Below are positions 56,601-64,000 of a stretch of DNA of 64,000 nt, piece by piece. The stretch is from Phoronis australis (Eukaryota; Animalia; Phoronida): assembly GCA_002633005.1 (NCBI GenBank), contig NMRA01000106.1, positions 663,655-727,654 of the forward strand, in the 5' to 3' direction. A program made the position numbers and the translations under genes. The notes below the pieces were generated by a model. It saw only the letters and a list, made by a program, of their open reading frames with translations, had not been told where the DNA came from and did no database searches. Each line of letters opens with the position of its first letter. Positions within the stretch are counted from its first letter, which is position 1.

Positions 56601-59600
56601 TATCCAGTGTGTACAACAAGGTTGATATCAAGTGTGTAAAACGAGATTGATATCCAGTATACAACGAGATTGACATCCAGTATGTACAACGAGATTGATA
56701 TCTAGTGTGTACAGCGAGATTGATATCCAGTTTGTACAACGAGATTGATATCCGGTGTGTACAATCAGACGATATTCCTTGGTTCTTGAAGCAACATCAT
56801 TGGGCATTCTTTTGATGTTACGGCTTAAAATTGGTGTCAAATAACTACTACATTATTGCCATTTTCGCTTAATTTTGCCTTGACATTTCAATGAAAAGTT
56901 GAACATGTAAGTAAAACTTGTGTGTGCACACTTTTTGCCTTATTATGAAAGGAAATGAGATGTTTATTAGTTTTAATCTTTTGTATTATGATTATCTTAA
57001 TATGTTCCCTATAGCTAGCTTGTTGTGAGTTTGGTGAGATCACACAGCCAGTTCTTTGGGAGATGTCGACATGCATTACAAGCAAAGAATGGGATCTGGT
57101 CAGTTTTCACTTGAATATCAGCATCCTGTGTTATGGAATGGGCCCTTAGTTCCTGTAGCAAGAAAACCAACTCACGATGATAAAGGTCAACATCAAGTAA
57201 ATCATTCTGGAGTGTTCAATAATTTTTGTGTTGATCCATTTCGTTCCAGAAATTGACATAGAAAATGTTGTGCGTGACTCAATCAAAGTTTTCTGCTGCA
57301 CACCTAAAAGCTCTACCTACCGCCAGCACGCACGGCCCGCCAAGCAGGCGAACAGCAACAAAAATCGACCAATCCTGTCATACTACACAACAGACTATCA
57401 TGATATGCCGAAGAATGAGTTGGTATGTTTGTCTCTGGTCAATGTTAGTTAACTTATTCAAAAGGACATTTTCTTCATACTTCTGTCTTTGTTCGATGAC
57501 GATAATTTGAAAATACTTGGAATTACATTTGAGTCTTTAAAGCCAAGAAATCTTTTGTTGTGCTCCCTAGTCTGGATTTTTTTACATTTTGTCTCTCTGT
57601 CTTCGGAGTTCCTGTATGGATATTAATGGACAAATTGGTGTCTGTTGAGGAGACAATGATGCATTCCCATCTTCAGGTGGATTTGGAGACACCTAGTGGA
57701 CATTATTATTATTTTTGACTGTTTTTGGTGTATACCATTCCATCCATGAAACTGCTCAAAGTATTGTGAATATTCAGATGTGTTTCTACCAAAAAGACTG
57801 TGGCTGACATTGATTTTTGCCAGAGCACGAGTACTGTGACACCCCCTAGTGAGTAGTGAGTTAGAAGGAAATGTTAAATTTCTTTGTGTAGTCAAGCTGC
57901 CTCCCGCCACCCAGTCTTTGGCCACTGTGTGTATCCTGTGTTAGACTCAGGTTCTGTCAGCTCTGTCTCAACTGTGCATCATCACATTGTCTTTCAATAG
58001 TTGACCATATAAGAGATTTCAATCTCCAATGCAAAAGACCTAGTAATGATAGCCCAGGCTTTGCAATGACTCTGTATGTTCAAGCAGAAAAGTGCAGTAA
58101 GCTTGTATAGTTCTTACCTTCTCAGTAGGCTTAAGTGTGTATAACCTTTAGCAGTTTAAACGTCTTCCAGAACTTGTTCTTTGTTCATGAGCATGTCATA
58201 TCAAAAATAATGCAATATCCACTGTATAAGAGTATTAAGACCATGAGAATTAAATTACTATATTTATATGTAAATCTCAAACCGGCATAGAAATATAGAT
58301 TGCAAACTTTAAGTCTGGTCAGCTTGTCACGTGTTGGCCGCATCACGTGGCCTAATGAATATGAGCCTGAAAAGATTTTGCCCCAAGCGGAACTCGAAGA
58401 TGTCTTTCATAATGTAATTAGCTGCTTGACCAATTGTGGTCACAACAATAATTTGTTTTTATCACATTTAATTGTTTCAGTCCATGGATGCCATACCACT
58501 GGAGGATCTGAAGGAAGAGAAGTGTACACGAATATCTGCAGAGGACCTTATTGAACTGAGTGAACTGGCAGGTCCAGTTAACACGAGGTCACCCACAAAA
58601 CGGTCAAAGAACGGCCGACCCAAATTGATTGTGATTGACATTAGGAGCCCAGAAGAGTATCCTTTCATGAAGTGCTGAGATGCAATTTTGCAAACTTTCA
58701 TGAAGCTGTTTTTATGTGTACATAATTGTGTTGTTATAAGTCATTGCATTTATATCGTATTAGTGAGAATTATTGGTCTTCATACTCACCATATGTTGGT
58801 TACATCCCATGTTTTTGTGTATTTTCTTAACTTTATAAATGCATTTTGTAATTATGTGACTTAAACGCCTGTACAAGTGGGCTGGTTGCCAAGGTATAGT
58901 GCTTTTAAGTGCTCATGTATACACCAAAGTGTTCCTTGACGACCGTTTTAGCTACAATCGCGGCACAGTACCAGGGAGTATTAACATACCTCACACTACT
59001 GCATTCAACTCAGACAACAATCTTATCCATTCACCAGCAGTGCAGAAATTGAACGCCAACAGACATCTCGTCAAGGTGGTCATCGGTAATTGGGGAAAGA
59101 CAGCGTCACACGTAAGGAAAATATTTTGAACCTTTGCATGAATTAGTCGTTCATGTTTTTCTCTTTGGCTACAGTGTTATATACTTGGGGAAATACCCAA
59201 GCGTATGGGAGGTGCTGCTCAGTTGTATCCAGTTTTTGCCAGAAACAAAGAGAGCTCAAGAGTCCATTCCTGACAAATAACTCTACGGCAGGGGAGAGAG
59301 ATGATGGTGTTGTATTTTGGGATGTGTGTAGATGATCTTGGCAAAAATATTTTAGTAGATAGATATTTCGAATCTCAGTATCACAGCTTAAGTTAGGACA
59401 TTAAAAGTAAACACCTGTATTTTGTATTTAATAATTTACATTGACTGCATTTGGACCCCTATGCTTAGTAATGATTATGTAGGACCTTATCAACAAGTGT
59501 GTTTAACAAAATATCTAGAAAAACCTAACTTTTAACTCAGTAAAAGTATATATTATCTGAAAGTAGAAAGACTGCGGAATTTTTAACTTTTTAGCAAATG

Positions 59601-60340
59601 TTTATTAATTGCGTTACGTGACCATGTATTTTTAGTAGAATTTAGCAAAAAAGAAACTAAGAAAACAGAAACTATCAAAACAACGGTATCAATCCACGAT
59701 CAAATTTTATTCGATATGAATGTTCAAGATGACATATTAAAATCACTGTAACAGTTTTCTTTTTTCGTTTTCATTTCATCAATATGAAAATCATAAAAGT
59801 ACTGTTTTGATAGCTCCTCACGCAAAATGAAACATTCCAAAAAGTGTATTCGAGAACAGTGCATAAAACAATGTATCCAAAAGTTTCACATGAATCCAAT
59901 TGGCTGCTTCTGAGATATGATGTTCCGAAGTTTGCCAAATTTGGCTGTTTTATAGAGTCCTACTTATTAACCTTAATAAAAAATACAGCAAAAGTTTTTA
60001 GGCTTTGCTACATTCCTACTTTTGTTTACTGGTAAATAATTGTTGATTGCTAAGCTGAGTTGTTAATACGCGATGGTTTAGTGAATCGTGGTCAGTTACA
60101 ACTTCCAAGCAGTGAATTTATTAAATGCCATTATTTGAAGAAACTAATCTTTCACCAATTATGGTTTTCCAGCCCTTAAGTTTTCATGATTCATGTATCA
60201 GCGAAGCAAATATTGTTTTTGCTTTTTAGTTTGCCAGTGAACTGGTTCGACTCAAGTACAGTAAAGTGTGTGTTCTCCACAAAGGCATAGATGTCCTGAG
60301 GTCTAGTCAGCTTTTGACAGTACCCTCACCTGATATCTAG
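44452..60340 (+). CDS. TBCK: TBC1 domain-containing protein kinase-like protein (kinase-like + TBC Rab-GAP + rhodanese), 22 coding exons, ~893 aa
   Basis: Exons joined by hand with consistent phases: 44452-44644, 44990-45062, 45734-45848, 46442-46515, 47009-47150, 48176-48301, 48439-48500, 48880-49028, 49410-49542, 49870-49969, 50982-51031, 51707-51806, 52364-52498, 52871-53111, 53855-53938, 54913-54998, 55324-55360, 56203-56364, 57250-57422, 58481-58656, 58952-59111, 60230-60340 (2682 nt incl. TAG). Diagnostic TBCK peptides: [115 protein letters not shown]. Confidence 0.96.
45063..45733 (+). other. Non-canonical GC-AG intron of TBCK
   Basis: Exon ends CTG AG|GCAAGT, a near-consensus donor with GC. 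Joining to ttcttgcAG|TCTTGAA keeps the frame through HRDLSPEN. Confidence 0.8.
50482..50532. repeat. ~20-bp tandem repeat TTATTCAAGCTTGG, 3 copies
   Basis: Directly visible in a TBCK intron. Confidence 0.65.
52871..53111 (+). CDS. TBCK: TBCK exon encoding the TBC catalytic motifs (IxxDxxR arginine finger and YxQ glutamine finger)
   Basis: [11 protein letters not shown] and YVYWQGLDS in ORF 52802..53128, flanked by AG and GT. Confidence 0.95.
53600..53745. repeat. G-rich 35-bp tandem repeat (GACAGTGAGCAGACATAGGGGATGGGAGAGGGTGT), ~3-4 copies
   Basis: Units start at 53631, 53666 and 53701. Confidence 0.85.
54271..54850. mobile_element. Element with ~115-bp terminal inverted repeats resembling Penelope-like pLTR ends (hammerhead-like core)
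   Basis: Arms 54271-54385 and 54734-54850 are reverse complements. The right arm reads CTGATGA-tGTCT-aatgaaa-AGAC-GAAACGTT. Confidence 0.7.
56496..56762. repeat. Minisatellite, ~25-bp unit GAGATTGATATCCAGTGTGTACAAC, ~11 copies
   Basis: Direct tandem repetition in a TBCK intron; it explains the repetitive short minus-strand ORFs there. Confidence 0.95.
58657..58951 (+). other. U12-type (minor spliceosome) GT-AG intron of TBCK
   Basis: 5' site GTATCCTTT at 58657. Branch-site TTCCTTGAC at 58932-58940, ~11 nt before the AG at 58950-58951, with no long polypyrimidine tract. Splicing restores ...[17 protein letters not shown]. Confidence 0.88.
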
Positions 60341-61506
60341 ACCTAACTTGGCCATATCAGTCACACATCAAATAATGATGCAAGCAAAGCATGACAGGGT
60401 CAATTTAACACATCTGTTCCTCATACCTGCGGTGTAGCTTGCATGTATGCCAATGTGCTTGTGCATAGGACCATTTGAAACGGACATTTATGATACTCTT
60501 CAAATGTGATGAGAAATTCGTACTCCGAAGGACCTCACAAGACAAGGAAATGTGCGACTTGCAAAGTGTGGGACCAGCATCACTTTGAAGTTAAATGCCC
60601 ATTAATGCCATTATTGTATTCAGTGGCAGGGTCGTAACCCCTCAAGACATGTCAATCATAGTGTAACTTGTCAGCTGTATTAATTAGAACGTGGTGCTGT
60701 CTGATTACAATAGTACTGTCTATGCTGGTAGACATGTAGTTGTAAAATTTATACTTAATACTGCTTCAGTGTTCTACATTTTTCTATCATTTTTAAAAGA
60801 CCAGTCAAATGTATGGTGAAAATAGGTTTGTGGAAAGGGTAAATATTAGGATGTGATGATTTATCGAATTGTAATTGAATCGCGATGCAGGAGTGACCAA
60901 TTTGGATATTGGCGCACCAAGGCCCGTTTCGATTGGATTCTTAATTCCAATTTTCCTTGTTTTAAAATATTATTTTGTTACTGCCAGTACTGTATAGTGA
61001 CATCTTTCCAAACAAAAATGGGTGTGTCAAGCACCTTTTCCAAGAGTTCGTCTTCGCTGAAGCATGGCACATTTGAGAAAAAATGACTGACAGAAATTGA
61101 ATCGAAAAAAAATCTTCCTGAAAAGAATTGGATCCAATCAATTCCATAAAATGTGCATCAACCCACCCCTATTAATTGTGTTGCATTTCACCATATAGCT
61201 GTTGTGTAGATGTTTGTTTCCTGTTATGAGCAAGGCATTTTTTTACAGATAGGAGATACTGCTCTGTATGTGTGGTAGCATTGTGAAGCAATTGTTAATG
61301 ACTCTCTTGTATCATGCAATATCTCATTAGACATGAATATTTATATTAAATCCACATATAAGACCAAGAGCATCCAGAGGTCAGAGCTTAGTTTAACCTT
61401 CTATAGAAACTAATGTAACTGGGGAGTGCAATAAATCCAGGAATTTGTAGTAGCTGTTCTTTGGGAGCAAGTTTTCGGATATACAGTGTTGATTGAACAC
61501 ATGACA

Positions 61507-62013
61507 CTTTTCATTGTTGACAGTCTTTATTCCGTTTCGTTCTTATCTTCGGAATAAAACTCTACTCTGAACAGAACATAGATGAAGTAACTGACCTAGC
61601 GACATTATTAAAAGTTACACAATATTTCAAAACATACTTGTTTCATTCTCAAGTGAATATAAAATGACGCAGTAATGCCACCTCAGAGCATAAGCTGGAG
61701 ACATATACAGTGGGACACGGCGGGTGTGAAATATTGCAAAGAATGACTAATGAAGGGGGGGTAGCAGGAATGAGCAGCAAACAGGGTCGCGCTGCACGTT
61801 ACCCCCCTTCATTAGTCATTCTTTGCAGTATTTCACACCCGCCATGTCCCACTGTCATTTTATATTCACTCGAGAATGAAGCAAGTATGTTTCGAAACAT
61901 CGTGTACCTCTTAACTATGTCGCTAACTCAGTTACTTCATCTATGATCCGTTCAGAATAGCTTTATTCCGAAGGTATGAACGAAACGGAATAAAGACTGT
62001 CAACAATGAAAAG
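61507..62013. mobile_element. ~500-bp foldback (palindromic MITE-like) element downstream of the TBCK stop
   Basis: CTTTTCATTGTTGACAGTCTTTATTCCGTTTCGTTC at the left is the reverse complement of GAACGAAACGGAATAAAGACTGTCAACAATGAAAAG at the right. Pairing continues inward to a ~35-nt loop near 61765-61800. Confidence 0.88.
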
Positions 62014-64000
62014 AATTTGTATTAGTTCAAAATGTTTTGCAAATAACTCGACATTTGTTTCTCATTTACTCATATCTTGCTTAAATGTATGGTGTTTGTA
62101 TGGTTTGTGCATTTGTTCCTTTTTTCTTAATTTTATTTGTGAAGCAAAGCTCACCAGGTTCTCACCAGGCGGTACATATTAGAACTTGCATATTCATCTA
62201 GTAACATGTTTTCTGAAGTGCGTAGCAAGAACAGGTAAGGTACAGCACTTCTTTCAGATCACAGAGGTAGGGATTGTATTGCATGTAATCTAGGGAGGAA
62301 CCAGTTGTGATGGTAAGTTTCTGAATTGCTTAACTGTATATGATGCAAAAAGTCGGACAATCATGCACAAGTAAGATTTTCACTTTACTTTGACAAAAGC
62401 TCAGTGGTATGCTTGCTCTAGTTTGTTCACTAGACCCTTCAGATACTCGGATCAAATCTTGCTATCTGCTTGGATCGTTCTTCGGTGAGTTTTGTAATTG
62501 AAAACATTGTTCTATAGGTGTGTGGATCACAACGCTTGAGCTGCAAGATTCAATAATTTTAGCTACATGCTTGAAACAAAAATGTTTTATTCATATAGGG
62601 TTATTCAAACTAATTTTATTTTGTCTTTATATTTTTGGTGCAATAAATATGAACGAGTCCAGTCTTGATTTTTAATACACGTTAATTCACTAAAAAGTAC
62701 ATCACATGAACTACTAGTAACAGCATAATTTACTAAGTAAACAAGAATTCAACAAACCTCTCTGTAGTACTGTCTTGTCTAATAAAATAAATCCGAATAA
62801 ACATTTATTTTAAACCCATATACCGCACCATTTTAAAACAATTTAAAGGTATCGAGACGAGACATGTTTACTTGTTCTAATATTGCAACCTGCTAGACCC
62901 AGACCTAGCGTCTGCTTCATGATTTGTGAATTGAACTTTTTTTAAGACATCATTTTGGTCTTGTGCTCCACATTAGTATTTCCGAAAAATAATCTTAACT
63001 GAGTTTAGCACAAAGAAAGTATCTGAGAACACATTCATAATTACTACTCACTGAGAAAATTTGTACAAATTATTTGCAGGCAGTGACATGCTAACAATTG
63101 TCCAACTAAACTTTCATCTGGCAATTGGGAAGTGGGAGAGGAAGACCAAATTTCCGTCTTAAGCCTTAAATCACTTTGTGAAGCAAAAGGAAGTTCACCG
63201 ATGACTCTTGCAGTTAGTGTCTGCAACACAAATTTGATTTAAATTTAATTTGAAGTATGCGATTCCTCAATATTGACTGTTGCTGAACGTGGCTTTAATA
63301 AAAACGAGGAACAATGATGGAATGCATACCATGTCATGCATTGTTGAATAATCTCTGTACGCGGAAAACCTCTCACAGCAAAATGCAGATTCATTACAGA
63401 TCTGTTAGTACCCTGAAATTATTGTTGATGTCAACTTAGTAAAATTAAGTGCCACGGAAACGATAAAGCATTATGTATGACAATTTGCTCGTCTTTCACA
63501 AAGCGTCCCTGGAATGCCTCAGTCAGACCACAAGTGTCATATTGGTAGCACAAAAAGACAACATGACTTCGGGAACTGATGCAAACCTTTTATGAGTTAC
63601 AAGATAAATCTTAAATGTGACATTCACAAAAACACCAAGTAATGCACAAAATATATCTTTTAGGGTCAAACGATGCTTTTAAATAACAAAATTCATAAAC
63701 CAACAATCAAAAGCTTAGCTTACAGTCTTCACTTCATAATTCATTTTAGAAGATCCAAAAGGCAAAAAAATCATCAAAAAATGTTGAACTTTACACTTTG
63801 CTATTGTGATAACTAACAGCACCAATCATCAACATAGCACATTTGGCATGGGCACATACTGTAAAAGGGCTAAGCATTTGCTGTTTGGTTTAACCCGCAG
63901 GATATTTAGCACATTGATCCACCTATCGATTTCACAATTACAATTATAATAAATTACCTTTCACCATCTACAATTAAATAATTCAATGGTGAGTTACCCA

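Noticed and set aside
56496-56762. Regular repeat array that could resemble CRISPR
   Set aside because: Units are directly adjacent with no unique spacers, it lies in a eukaryotic intron, and there are no cas genes; it is a minisatellite.
58952-60340. Rhodanese domain lacking an obvious catalytic cysteine
   Set aside because: Expected for TBCK-type rhodanese domains; not novel.
61710-61946. 78-aa ORF in the hairpin element
   Set aside because: By-product of the palindromic element; non-ATG start and no domain.

Overview
AT-rich, intron-rich eukaryotic DNA, most likely from an invertebrate animal; it is not prokaryotic and has no operons or CRISPR arrays. Two genes sit head-to-head. On the + strand is a complete TBCK orthologue (kinase-like + TBC/Rab-GAP + rhodanese). 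I assembled it by hand from 22 coding exons (44452-60340, 2682 nt, 893 aa); it has one GC-AG intron and one U12-type intron. On the - strand is a large, probably unnamed microtubule-associated gene with a single N-terminal CAP-Gly domain, long disordered regions, SxIP/SxLP motifs and a tau-like DLSKVKSK motif. About 1150 aa of it lie in the window and it runs off the left edge. Three near-identical tandem duplications are each joined at or near N bases and are most likely uncollapsed haplotypes; one reveals a polymorphic ~1 kb hAT-like insertion. Several foldback/MITE-like elements are present, one with Penelope-type hammerhead-like cores on both arms, along with minisatellites. I found no clearly new multi-gene system. 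The best leads are the CAP-Gly/SxIP/tau-motif protein, the intact HRD motif in the TBCK pseudokinase, and the RNA-structure elements. All exon boundaries are manual predictions without transcript evidence.
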